DNA of 64,000 bases from Longimicrobiales bacterium (lineage in GTDB: Bacteria; Gemmatimonadota; Gemmatimonadetes; Longimicrobiales; Gaopeijiaceae): NCBI GenBank assembly GCA_965226375.1, contig CBDDCX010000008.1:1216001-1280000 (forward strand), in the 5' to 3' direction. The notes under the pieces are model-generated. The model worked only from the letters and a program-made list of their open reading frames with translations, made no database searches and was not told the DNA's origin. This document shows positions 38,776 through 48,469 of the stretch, one piece after another; the first letter of the stretch is position 1; each line of letters begins with the position of its first letter. Made by a program: the position numbers and the translations under genes.

Positions 38776-40298
38776 TCGTCTCGCAGGGTGGGAAACAGGA
38801 TCACGTCACGAATGGACGACTGGTTCGTGAGCAGCATTGTGAGTCGATCGACACCCATCCCGAGTCCGCCCGTGGGAGGCATGCCGTATTCCAGGGCCCG
38901 GATATAGTCTTCATCGACCGGGTGCGTCTCGTCGTCTCCGGCTTCCTTGAGCTCGGCCTGCCCCTCGAAGCGGGCCCGCTGGTCCAGAGGATCGTTCAAC
39001 TCGGAGAACGCGTTACAGATCTCCTCGCCGGCGATAAACAACTCGAACCGTTCGGTGAGATCCGCATGTTCGCGGTGGGGCTTGGCCAGAGGACTGATCT
39101 CCTTGGGATGATCCATCACGAACGTCGGCTGAATCAACTGCGGCTGCACGAGAGCACCGAAGAGCTTGTCGATCAACTTACCCCAACCCGCGCCTTCCAG
39201 TTCGGCGATGTCCAGCTCTTCCGCCCGCTCACGTAGATCGGCCCCCGAGAGCTCTCTCACATCGGCGTCCAAAGCCTCAGAGAGGGCATCGACCATCGAG
39301 ATGCGCTCGTAAGGGGCGGCGAAGCTGATCGCGTGTCCCTCGTATTCGATGTCGGTGGACCCGGTGGCCGCTACCGCCACGCGAATCAGCATCTCCTCGG
39401 TGAAGTCCATCAAACCGTTGTAGTCGATGAAGGCTTGATAGAACTCCAGCATGGTGAACTCGGGGTTGTGGAACCGATCGATTCCCTCGTTCCGGAAGTC
39501 CTTGGAGATCTCGTACACACGGCCAAGCCCACCCACGATGAGACGCTTGAGGTAGAGCTCGTCGGCGATTCTCAGAAAGAGCGTTCGGTCGAGCGCGTTG
39601 TGTTTCGTCACGAACGGACGAGCCGCCGCACCACCGTATAGAGGCTGTAGAACCGGGGTCTCGACTTCGAGGAAGTCCGCCTCGTCGAGGAACGCTCGCA
39701 GCTCGGTGATGATCTTGGCACGCGTGCGGAAGATCTCTCGTACCTCCGGGTTGACCGCCAGGTCGGCGTACCGCTGCCTGTAGCGGGTCTCCGTGTCCGT
39801 GAAGCCACTGAAAGTGGTCCGCTCGCCCGTCTCCTCGTCTTCCTCGGTCTTGCCCAGCGGGAGAGGCCTCAGGGACTTTGCTAGAACCGTCCACGACTGT
39901 ACCTGGACCGTCACCTCACCCGTGCGAGTCCGAAACAGGACGCCCTCGACGCCTATCCAATCACCCAGGTCCAGCAGATCCAGCCTCTCGAAGGCCTCGT
40001 CCCCCAGTACGTTCTTCCGGAAGTAGACCTGCATCTGTCCCGAGCGGTCCTCGATGTGCGCGAACGCACTCTTGCCGTGACTCCGGTAGCTCAGCATGCG
40101 ACCCGCTACTGAAACCTCGGTCCCCTGCCCTTGTTCGTTGAGCGACCCGTCGGTCTCGTCCTGCTCGAACACGGCCACAGCGTCCCGGGCCAGATGGGAC
40201 CGATCGTACACGTAGGCGTACGGCTCGAGGCCCTTCTCCCTGAGGGTGTCCAGCTTTTCCCGGCGGTGCCGGCGAACCTGACTGAGATCTTCGCTCAC
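38772..40298 (-). CDS. lysS: Lysine--tRNA ligase (class II)
   Basis: YRQRYADL, YGGAAARPF, FRNEG, HNPEFTMLE, GMPPTGGLG. Confidence 0.98.
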   Translation of the reverse strand: MSEDLSQVRRHRREKLDTLREKGLEPYAYVYDRSHLARDAVAVFEQDETDGSLNEQGQGTEVSVAGRMLSYRSHGKSAFAHIEDRSGQMQVYFRKNVLGDEAFERLDLLDLGDWIGVEGVLFRTRTGEVTVQVQSWTVLAKSLRPLPLGKTEEDEETGERTTFSGFTDTETRYRQRYADLAVNPEVREIFRTRAKIITELRAFLDEADFLEVETPVLQPLYGGAAARPFVTKHNALDRTLFLRIADELYLKRLIVGGLGRVYEISKDFRNEGIDRFHNPEFTMLEFYQAFIDYNGLMDFTEEMLIRVAVAATGSTDIEYEGHAISFAAPYERISMVDALSEALDADVRELSGADLRERAEELDIAELEGAGWGKLIDKLFGALVQPQLIQPTFVMDHPKEISPLAKPHREHADLTERFELFIAGEEICNAFSELNDPLDQRARFEGQAELKEAGDDETHPVDEDYIRALEYGMPPTGGLGMGVDRLTMLLTNQSSIRDVILFPTLRDE

Positions 40299-40311
40299 AG
40301 TGACTCCAGCT

Positions 40312-41425
40312 CTACTTTCCGGCGCCCTGGGAGGCGAATTGCTTGAGGTAGGCCTCGATGAACGGATCGAGGTTGCCGTCCATCACTTTGCTCACATCCG
40401 CAATCTTGAGGTCGGTACGGTGGTCGTTTACCATCGTGTACGGCTGAAAGACGTATGATCGAATCTGGTTGCCCCACCCGATTTCGGTCTTGGTGGCTTC
40501 CAGGACCGCTTTCTCCTTTTCCTGCTCTTCCCGGGCACGCTCGTAGAGGGCCGCCTTCAGCATCTTCATGGCCGTTGCCCGGTTCTTGTGCTGCGACCGT
40601 TCCTGCTGACAGGAAACGGCTATCCCGGTGGGCATATGTGTGAGTCGAATGGCCGAGTCCGTCTTGTTGACGTGCTGCCCACCCGCTCCCGAAGCCCTGA
40701 ACGTGTCGACCCGAAGCTCGGATTCGTCGATCTCGATTTCGATTTCATCGTCGATCAGCGGATATATGAAGACGCTGGCGAACGACGTATGTCGCCTGGA
40801 CTGGGCGTCGAAGGGCGAGATACGGACGAGACGGTGAATGCCCTTTTCGGCCTTCATGTATCCGAAGGCGTGGTCCCCGATCACCTCGAGCGTGGCGCTC
40901 TTGATACCGGCCTCTTCGCCGGGCTGCAGATCGAGAACGTTGATCTCGTATCCACGAGCTTCGGCCCACCGTGAATACATCCGCGTGAGCATCTCGGCCC
41001 AATCCTGTGACTCGAGGCCGCCGGCACCCGGGTGGACCGTGAGGATTGCGCCTCGGTGGTCATCCGGGCCCTGAAGCATGGTCCGCAGTTCGAGCGTTTC
41101 TATAGGCCCTTCGAGTCCCTCGACCTCGGTCGCCAGCTCCGCTTCGAGGTCCTCGTCTTCCTCCGCCTCGAGAAGCTCCCCGAGCTCCGCCAGCTCCGCT
41201 GCCTTATCGTCGAGGTCGTGCCATGGACCGACCCAGCTCTTCAGTCGGTTGGACTCGTCGATGACCCCGCGAGCCTTTTCCTGGTGATCCCAAAAGCCGG
41301 CTGCCACCATCTCCTTGTCGAGTTCGGCGATGCGAGCGTCTTTGGACACGACGTCAAAGATACCCCCGAAGGTCGGCAATCCGGCCGCGGAATTCTTCCA
41401 GACGCTGCTGTGCTTCCTTGCTCAT
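40312..41425 (-). CDS. prfB: Peptide chain release factor 2 with programmed +1 frameshift
   Basis: ATG at 41425 (MSKEAQQRLEEFRGRIADLRGYL), then CTT TGA C at 41359-41353 preceded by an internal SD-like GGGGG. The downstream frame has SPF and GGQ. Confidence 0.97.
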
Positions 41426-41502
41426 GATTGGGCGATCAACCCTGACATTTCGCGGAATGTGAGAGAGGGGCCACCCGAAAGGGCGACCCCTCGACCGCGC
41501 AA

Positions 41503-41531
41503 AATATATCCGAGCCCTGCAGGGGCATCAA
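41503..41531 (-). promoter_or_regulatory. Putative sigma70 promoter of the prfB operon
   Basis: TTGATG-17 bp-TATATT on the minus strand. Confidence 0.5.
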
Positions 41532-41550
41532 CCGAGACGCCGTGCGCGAC

Positions 41551-42327
41551 TTATCCTTCTACGTTGAAGACGCTCTCTCCGTCGGCCAGAAGCTCGTTGA
41601 GCGCATCATTGAAGAACGTTCCCTGCGTCATCACGTCCGGATCGACCTGGTCTCTGTATTCCTTCCAGGACTTTTCAATCTCTTCGCTGAAAACTTGGAC
41701 CAGCGTGCCGGAAGCCAAAGCCTCCGTGTGCTTTTCCGGATTGTACGCGATCAGGTCGGAAACGAGGCTTCTGGCAAGGCTCCTCGCCTTGTCCTCGGGA
41801 CTCCGCTTTCCGAATTGAATGGGGGCCGCCTCCGCCGTCTCTGCTTCAGTCGGTGCGGCTTTCTCCGAAATCGGAGCAGCCTCGGCTTCTTCTACCCCTT
41901 CCTCTTCGGCTGCCTCTTCTTCGGCTGCCTCTTCGGCTTCTCCGTCCGGAGCTTCAACCTCCAGGTCCTGGTTGATGGCCAACGCTGCGTCCGCCTCCGT
42001 CGTAATGGAGTCAAACGAGATTTCACGCTCGCCGAATTCGTCGGAGGTCTCGTCCGAGATGTCGGCCACGACATTGGCATCCGCACCGAACGAACTCATC
42101 ACCTCCGCTGGCACTTCCATCTCGTCCAACTCCACAGCCGCCGATGGACCAGCGAAGGTCTCTTCGACTTCGGCGGAAGCGGCTTCGGCAGCCGTATCCT
42201 CAGGCCTGTCGACGCTAAAAATCTCGGGACACGCACTACACTGTGCTCTCACGCCTCCCACCGGAATTTTGGCGGGGTCCACGGGGAACGACGTAGTACA
42301 TGCCGGGCAGGAAACAGTGATGGTCAT
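41551..42327 (-). CDS. Zinc-ribbon (MJ0042-type) protein with an acidic linker and helical C-terminal domain
   Basis: CPAC...RAQCSAC, Glu/Ala-rich linker, KARSLARSLVSDL...FFNDALNELL. Confidence 0.85.
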   Translation of the reverse strand: MTITVSCPACTTSFPVDPAKIPVGGVRAQCSACPEIFSVDRPEDTAAEAASAEVEETFAGPSAAVELDEMEVPAEVMSSFGADANVVADISDETSDEFGEREISFDSITTEADAALAINQDLEVEAPDGEAEEAAEEEAAEEEGVEEAEAAPISEKAAPTEAETAEAAPIQFGKRSPEDKARSLARSLVSDLIAYNPEKHTEALASGTLVQVFSEEIEKSWKEYRDQVDPDVMTQGTFFNDALNELLADGESVFNVEG

Positions 42328-43280
42328 GACTCTTCAACTTCTTCCTTGAGCGGCTGCCGACGATCCACTGCGTAGACCGATCCGGGTAGCGACTTGGTGT
42401 AGGTCTTCATTTCCGCAGCCAACTCACTCACCTGTGCGGTGTGCGTGAACGGCTGGATCTGGTTGGTTACGACCCCGACCGAAAGCGTCATGAGGGGTAC
42501 TCTACGGATACTACCGCGGCGGTCCTTTCCAAGGAAGTAGCCCGCCCGTCGATCCTCGATCGTGTACTGGTAGGGGATCAACTCATCGAAGAGATAGATG
42601 ATTTCGTCACAGCAATGCTCCAAGTACTGAACGTTGACGATATAGATGAAGTCGTCACCCCCGATGTGTCCGACAAAGCCACCGGGAGCCAATCCCCGAA
42701 CCACGTCGCGCAGGATGCGAGACAGAAGCAGAATGACGTGGTCTCCATGGTTGTACCCGTAGCGGTCGTTGAACTCCTTGAAGTTGTCCAGATCCGCATA
42801 ACAAACCGCGAAGGCCTCATCGCGCATCAACCGCTCACCTATATCCCGTTCGATCTGCACGGTACCCGGGAGGCGAGTGGTCGGGTGAACCGCGACGTCC
42901 CTCTGAGCACGGCGCACCACCGACTCGAACCTCAAGCTTTGCTCTCTGTCCGAGCCTGTCTGCGAGACCACCTCGTCGGCGCCCGCCGCCAGACAATCCG
43001 CCGCCAATTCGTTCTCATTAGTGGGAATGAGGAGAATGACCGGAACGATGGCCGTGAAGGTGTCGCCTTTCACCTGCGAACAGAGCTCGAGCACGGGCCC
43101 AGGGTCGTCGCCGCTGGCGAGGACCAGGCACGAAGGAAACGATCGGTTCAGGAGGGCATGGACGCTGTCTGCGCCCTCTACCACCTCGAGCTCATAGTCG
43201 TGCTCACGGCAGAACCGGCTCAGTAGATCCGGTTCCGTGGTTGGGCCTGATGACGAGTAGACGATCGTGCGTGCGGCCAT
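42324..43280 (-). CDS. Degenerate receiver + GGDEF (GGDDF) domain protein
   Basis: IVPVILL...AGADE (REC-like), HPTTRLPG, YADLDNFKEFNDRYG, GHIGGDDF. Confidence 0.88.
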   Translation of the reverse strand: MAARTIVYSSSGPTTEPDLLSRFCREHDYELEVVEGADSVHALLNRSFPSCLVLASGDDPGPVLELCSQVKGDTFTAIVPVILLIPTNENELAADCLAAGADEVVSQTGSDREQSLRFESVVRRAQRDVAVHPTTRLPGTVQIERDIGERLMRDEAFAVCYADLDNFKEFNDRYGYNHGDHVILLLSRILRDVVRGLAPGGFVGHIGGDDFIYIVNVQYLEHCCDEIIYLFDELIPYQYTIEDRRAGYFLGKDRRGSIRRVPLMTLSVGVVTNQIQPFTHTAQVSELAAEMKTYTKSLPGSVYAVDRRQPLKEEVEES

Positions 43281-43343
43281 GCTACCTTGGAATTCTATGG
43301 ATTGGAGGGACTTTTTGAGCTTAGTCCCGGAGCTTGACGCTTG

Positions 43344-45473
43344 TCAACGACGAATTGGTTTCGAGTCCACCAGAACGAAGTCGATGAACCGCTCCAGCTT
43401 GTCGACCCGCGATACCCGTACAGCCAACCGGTCCCCTAGCCGGAAGGTCCGCTGTGAACGCTCACCGACCAGTCGGTAGCTGTGTTCCTGAAACGCATAG
43501 TAGTCGTCCATCATACTATTTACATGAACGAGTCCCTCTACGAAAACCTCATCCAGCAGCACGAACAGACCGAACGATGTCACACCCGCGATCGTACCCG
43601 TAAATTCGTCACCCAGGTGCCTCTCCATATACTCGGCCTTTTTCAGATCGACGCTCTCCCGCTCGGCTGCTTCGGCCACTCTCTCTCGCATGCTACAACG
43701 CTCGGCCTTTCCCTTCAGCGCTTCTCCACCCCAATCCTCCGGGACCGGCCGCTCCTCGATCAGGGCTCGATTGAGAACCCGGTGCAACCACAGGTCCGGA
43801 TACCGCCGAATCGGTGACGTGAAGTGTGTGTAATGGGTCGCCGCCAACCCGAAGTGACCCAAATTCGCCGGATCGTACCGAGCGCGACTCATGGCGCGAA
43901 GCACTACCGTGGAAACGAGTCGACCCTCGGGGGTTCCCTGGACCTTGTCGAGCAACGTCTGTAGCTCTTTCGGCCCGACCGCACCTTTCGACGTCCTGAG
44001 CCCCAACCGCTTCAAGAACGACTTCAGCTCCAGCATCTTGTCCGGCGTGGGCGATTCGTGGACCCGGTACAACACCGGAAGCCCCGCGTCCTCAGCTCGG
44101 CGAGCGATGATCTCGTTGGCCAGCAGCATGAAGTCCTCCACGAGGCGATGACTCTCGAGCCGTTCGACGCGCTGGATTTCGACCGGTTCACCCGCCTCCC
44201 CCAGCACCACACGCGCCTCGGGCAAATCGAAGTCCAGCGCCCCTCGCTCTTCTCGCCGAGCTCGGAGAACTCGGGCGAGCCGTGCCAGGTCGGCCAACGC
44301 CCCGTCGGTCACGGGGTCTATCGAGAGGTCACCGTCCAGGACGGACTGCGCCTCTTCATAGCTGACCTTGTGCCGGCTTCGAATTCGTGTGCGCTCGATA
44401 CGGGCGTCCTGCACTACACCTGAGCTGTCGAGCGTCGCGAAGACGGACATTGCGAAACGGTCCACGTCAGGAAGCAGAGAACACGCGTCCGTAGACAGAG
44501 CGTGGGGCAACATCGGAATCACCCTGTCGACCAGATAGACACTGGTCGCACGCTTGAGGGCTTCCAGATCGACGGGATCACCCGCCTGTACAAAGTGCGA
44601 AACGTCGGCGATGTGAATGCCGACCTCCACAGACCCCTTTCCGATCCGCCGGATGGACAAGGCGTCGTCATGATCCTTCGCGTCGGCAGGGTCGATGGTG
44701 AACGCGTGGACGTCTGTTCTGTCGACCCGTCGCTCACCGGCATCCGCACGACGTCGAGCCACGGCGTCGTCCGCGTATCGCTCCACCTCGTGCGGGAACT
44801 CCATGGGCAAGCTGTGGCCGTGGATCACGGCAAGGACGTCCACACCCGGATCCCCGGTCTTGCCAAGAACCGTCTCGATCGTACCCGTCGGGTTCATCTT
44901 GCCGCTTCCGAACGTCGTAATCCGCACCACGACGACGTCTCCTTCGCCGGCTCCGTTCTCCTGGCCCTGCACGACGAGGACCTCTCGGTGGATCTTCCGA
45001 TTCTGAGGATGGACCACACCGAACGAACGTGTGGACCGATACGTGCCGACCAGAGTCTCGTGGGCCCGCTCCAGTACCTTGATGACTCGACCGACCGGGC
45101 TCCGCCCACGGGGACGGCGTTCCACCCGGGTCACGACCTGGTCTCCATCCATCGCCGACTCCAGAGACAGCCCGGGCACGAAGACCTCTTGACCACCCGC
45201 ATCCGGTTTGACGAACCCGTCTCCCTTGGAGGTGACCGACAAACGTCCCACAACCAAGTTGATCTTCTCGGGCACCGCGAACCGCTGGCCCTTCACCCGG
45301 TAGAGGCGGCCCCGATCGACCATCCCGAACAGGAAATCACGGAAATCACGGAAATCCTTGGTCTGCACCGAGAGTGCCTTCGCGAGCTCTTTGGCTTTCT
45401 GTGGGCCTCTTCGGGACTGGCTGAGGTGCTGGAGCACCGCCTTTTCGTTGGGGAGCTTGGGGCGACGGGCCAT
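43344..45473 (-). CDS. rnr: Ribonuclease R
   Basis: FTIDPADAKDHDDA, HIADV, LVEDFMLLAN, YTHFTSPIRRYPDL, S1 domain. Confidence 0.96.
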   Translation of the reverse strand: MARRPKLPNEKAVLQHLSQSRRGPQKAKELAKALSVQTKDFRDFRDFLFGMVDRGRLYRVKGQRFAVPEKINLVVGRLSVTSKGDGFVKPDAGGQEVFVPGLSLESAMDGDQVVTRVERRPRGRSPVGRVIKVLERAHETLVGTYRSTRSFGVVHPQNRKIHREVLVVQGQENGAGEGDVVVVRITTFGSGKMNPTGTIETVLGKTGDPGVDVLAVIHGHSLPMEFPHEVERYADDAVARRRADAGERRVDRTDVHAFTIDPADAKDHDDALSIRRIGKGSVEVGIHIADVSHFVQAGDPVDLEALKRATSVYLVDRVIPMLPHALSTDACSLLPDVDRFAMSVFATLDSSGVVQDARIERTRIRSRHKVSYEEAQSVLDGDLSIDPVTDGALADLARLARVLRARREERGALDFDLPEARVVLGEAGEPVEIQRVERLESHRLVEDFMLLANEIIARRAEDAGLPVLYRVHESPTPDKMLELKSFLKRLGLRTSKGAVGPKELQTLLDKVQGTPEGRLVSTVVLRAMSRARYDPANLGHFGLAATHYTHFTSPIRRYPDLWLHRVLNRALIEERPVPEDWGGEALKGKAERCSMRERVAEAAERESVDLKKAEYMERHLGDEFTGTIAGVTSFGLFVLLDEVFVEGLVHVNSMMDDYYAFQEHSYRLVGERSQRTFRLGDRLAVRVSRVDKLERFIDFVLVDSKPIRR

Positions 45474-45474
45474 G

Positions 45475-46400
45475 TTACCGTCGCACCTGGAGGACCAGTT
45501 CGATCCCCCGCGTACGTTCGTCCCGCGCCAGGCGCAGCCGAGCGACACTGTGTTCGCCCGCGGCCGCCCTGATCCGAGCCGTGACAAAGCCGTCTACTCC
45601 ACTCAGCAGGTGGTTCGCGATGATCACACCTGCGTACTGCGAGGCACGCCTGAAGTCCTCATCGCTCGATTCGATGAGATCTCGGTACCCCTCCCATTCC
45701 TCCGGTTGACCCGCCCAGGTCCACTCGAAGCGTTCGTCGTAACCCTCGTTCCGGTAGAACGACAAAGCGTCGGCGTACTCTGGATCCCCTGGCCCGGGCG
45801 TGGCCCCAGGTGCAAAAAAAATCTGCATCGCCAACGCCCAGGTCTTTCCGTTGAAGGTCGAGGGATCGGTCTGTGGCTGGAGCCCCGGACCGGACGGATC
45901 GAGATCGAACGCCCCGGATCTCTCGAACTTCTCCATCGCCTCGTAGTACGCGAACTCGCCGTCTACCCGATCCCCCTCGTACGTCCTTGCCTGATCCCAC
46001 GCCAATGTCTGATAGCCGTCCTTGAGGTTCAGTGCCGAGGACCGGGTGCGGCCGTATGCGACCCATGAGACCCCCTCGAGGATCACATAAGCCATCCAAC
46101 GTCGCTGACCCATCTTCCACTGGCTGACTCCAGGAAGCAGAGCCGAATAGAGAAACGCTCTTGCGGGTCCGAGGGTCACCTCATCGCTCTGGATTTCGAT
46201 GCGCCCGCGGCGGAGTGGGGTGGGATGAGAGCCGTGCGCACCCCCACCTCGCACCACACAGCTTCGCATCGGAAGGGAGCGTGCCAACTGATCCGCAACC
46301 GCCGGGCAGTCCGGCGACGCCTGGGCATTTCCAGCCACCGGTACCCACACGAATACGCCGCACAACGCCGCGATGCGGGCGGTGCGACAGCGGTAGCCAC
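45475..46400 (-). CDS. Conserved-looking hypothetical membrane protein (start uncertain)
   Basis: AFLYSALLPG...YYEAMEKF...ANHLLSGVDGF. No clean in-frame start, so there may be an indel near the 5' end. Confidence 0.6.
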
Positions 46401-46411
46401 CGGACGGCGGT

Positions 46412-47389
46412 CTAGAAGAGGATGCCAAAGGAGACGTGTACGGGTTCGCTCTCGCCCGTAATGGAGCCCGCAAGGTTCTTCGCCAACCCCAATTCAAAGC
46501 GTTCGTAACGCAGGCCCACGCCGATGGCCATACCATCCGCCTGTCCCACCTCGCCCTGAACGTAGCCGGAGCGAACGTAGATGACATCGCCTCTTCCCGC
46601 GGCGAGTTCGGTGCCCAGGTAGTAGGACGGGGTATCCCCCAGATCTCGCCATCGATCCTCGACCTCGGCTCGCACCCAGAGATTGATATCGTCCGTATCC
46701 ACGAAGTGTGTGAGGAAGTTGTAGGCTGCTGAAACGCGGACACGTGACGGTAATGGATCGGACTGCTCCGCGTTCACGACCTGAAAATCGGGGCCCATGT
46801 GGGCCAGCATGGCTCCCAGACGGAGAGGGACCGCGGCAATTGGTTGGCCCTGTACACCGAAGTCCATGGCCCAGCCGGTCGACCGGACACCGGCACCGTC
46901 GCACTGTCCGCGACAACTCAGGTTGAACTGGACGATCTTGAAGTTGAACCCGACATCCAACCAGGCGGTCAAAGACGTGGCGAGCGAGATGATTCCCACG
47001 TGGCTCCGCACGCTGAGGGAACCGCGCACATTGCCCTGGAAGTCGGTGAGGTCCTGGTCCCCCTCGTCGAGGAACTCATAGGAGATTCCGAGTACACCCA
47101 CAGGTTGGCTGACCATCAGTGTGGAGAGAGCGAATCCTTCGCCCACCAGGTGGTCTCCCCTCATGACTACGAGCTGGCTCTTTTCGACGCCGGCCAGGCC
47201 GGCCGGATTCCAGAAGGCGGATTCAGGACTGGGGACCGCGGTCATGGCCCTCCCCAACGCCACTCCGTGTGCACCGACCGGAAGAAGCAGGAAGAGGGCC
47301 CCTTCGTTGGACCCCAACTCGGAATCTTGCCCGTAGAGTCCGGGGGGAAGTGCAAGAGCCAGCAGGGCAGTGATCAGTACCCTAGACAC
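46412..47389 (-). CDS. PorV/PorQ (UPF0164)-like outer-membrane beta-barrel
   Basis: ALFLLLPVGAHGVALG...FWNPAGLA, MDFGV, YVRSGY, terminal F. The GTG start overlaps the era end. Confidence 0.75.
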   Translation of the reverse strand: MSRVLITALLALALPPGLYGQDSELGSNEGALFLLLPVGAHGVALGRAMTAVPSPESAFWNPAGLAGVEKSQLVVMRGDHLVGEGFALSTLMVSQPVGVLGISYEFLDEGDQDLTDFQGNVRGSLSVRSHVGIISLATSLTAWLDVGFNFKIVQFNLSCRGQCDGAGVRSTGWAMDFGVQGQPIAAVPLRLGAMLAHMGPDFQVVNAEQSDPLPSRVRVSAAYNFLTHFVDTDDINLWVRAEVEDRWRDLGDTPSYYLGTELAAGRGDVIYVRSGYVQGEVGQADGMAIGVGLRYERFELGLAKNLAGSITGESEPVHVSFGILF

Positions 47390-48323
47390 GATCGCCGTCC
47401 TCCGACGGGACACGCAGCCCCAACTGGCCGAGGTGCTGCCGCTTACGACGCCAGTTCGGCAGCACCTTGATCCAAAGGTCGAGATAGACGGGACGATCGA
47501 TGAACTCCTGGATCTTTTCGCGGGATACACGGCCCAACTCGCGGATGGCTTTTCCCTTATCTCCAACCAGGATGCGCTTCTGCGAGTTCCGCTCTGTGAA
47601 GAGGTTGGCTTGAATGTACACCGGATCCTGATCCTCGCGGAACTCCTCCACCACGGCGAAGATGGAGTACGGAATTTCTTCTCTGAACTGCTCGAAGACC
47701 GTCTCGCGAATGAATTCTGCGACAAAGAAGCGAACCGGAGCGGAGGCGATATCGTCCTCCGGATACAAGAACGGGCCTTCCGGGAGCGCCCCTGCCAACT
47801 CCGACCACAACTCCTCGACTCCTCTGTCCCGTAAAGCCGAGATCCCCCTCGCTTCTGCGCCGAGCTCCGACTCGGCCCAGTGAGCTGCGGCTGCGATGTT
47901 GTCCGGGGCCGCGGCGTCGATCTTGTTGATCACCACGAACTTGGGCGCGGAAGACGTATCAAGCGCTTCGACGATCGCGGTCTTTTCCTTTTCATGGAGC
48001 GGGTCTGTCGCGTCCACTAACAGCACAATGACGTCCGCCTCCCGAATGGCCTCGAGAGCCTCTTCGAGCATGCCTCTCTGGAGAAGATCCTTGGCCACAA
48101 GTAAGCCGGGCGTATCCAGAAACACCGCCTGCACGTTTTCGGTCGTGCGGATGCCCGTCACCCGCTGCCAGGTCGTCTGAGCCTTGGCCGTCACGATGCT
48201 CAGCTTCTGGCCGATCAGCTGATTCATCAGCGTGGACTTGCCGGCGTTGGGCCGTCCGATCAACGCGATGTACCCGGTACGCCGCTGGGGGCCTGTTTCC
48301 TCGGGGGTCGACTCTTCACTCAT
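47382..48323 (-). CDS. era: GTPase Era
   Basis: GRPNAGKST, KAQTT, DTPG, NKID, EEIPY, VYLDLWIKV. Confidence 0.97.
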   Translation of the reverse strand: MSEESTPEETGPQRRTGYIALIGRPNAGKSTLMNQLIGQKLSIVTAKAQTTWQRVTGIRTTENVQAVFLDTPGLLVAKDLLQRGMLEEALEAIREADVIVLLVDATDPLHEKEKTAIVEALDTSSAPKFVVINKIDAAAPDNIAAAAHWAESELGAEARGISALRDRGVEELWSELAGALPEGPFLYPEDDIASAPVRFFVAEFIRETVFEQFREEIPYSIFAVVEEFREDQDPVYIQANLFTERNSQKRILVGDKGKAIRELGRVSREKIQEFIDRPVYLDLWIKVLPNWRRKRQHLGQLGLRVPSEDGDRV

Positions 48324-48469
48324 CGAGGAAAGATGACACAGGTGGGAGCCCGAGGGAACAGCAGCGTGGGCTGGATCCGTGCCCACCTGAGGCATGCCAG
48401 GGCACCATCTAACAGGTTGTCGATACTGCGCTTGCGTATCGTGGTATTATGTGTTTTCTCGCAGCACGA

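Noticed and set aside
40312..41425. prfB as a pseudogene or sequencing error
   Set aside because: The break is the canonical CTT-TGA-C programmed frameshift with an upstream SD-like sequence.
41880..41945. TCTTCGGCTGCC-type tandem repeats
   Set aside because: They encode the low-complexity EEAAEEE linker and are not an independent repeat element.
45332..45356. 9-bp tandem repeat GGAAATCAC x~3
   Set aside because: It is an in-frame DFRDFRDF within the RNase R N-terminal helix, with no frame effect.
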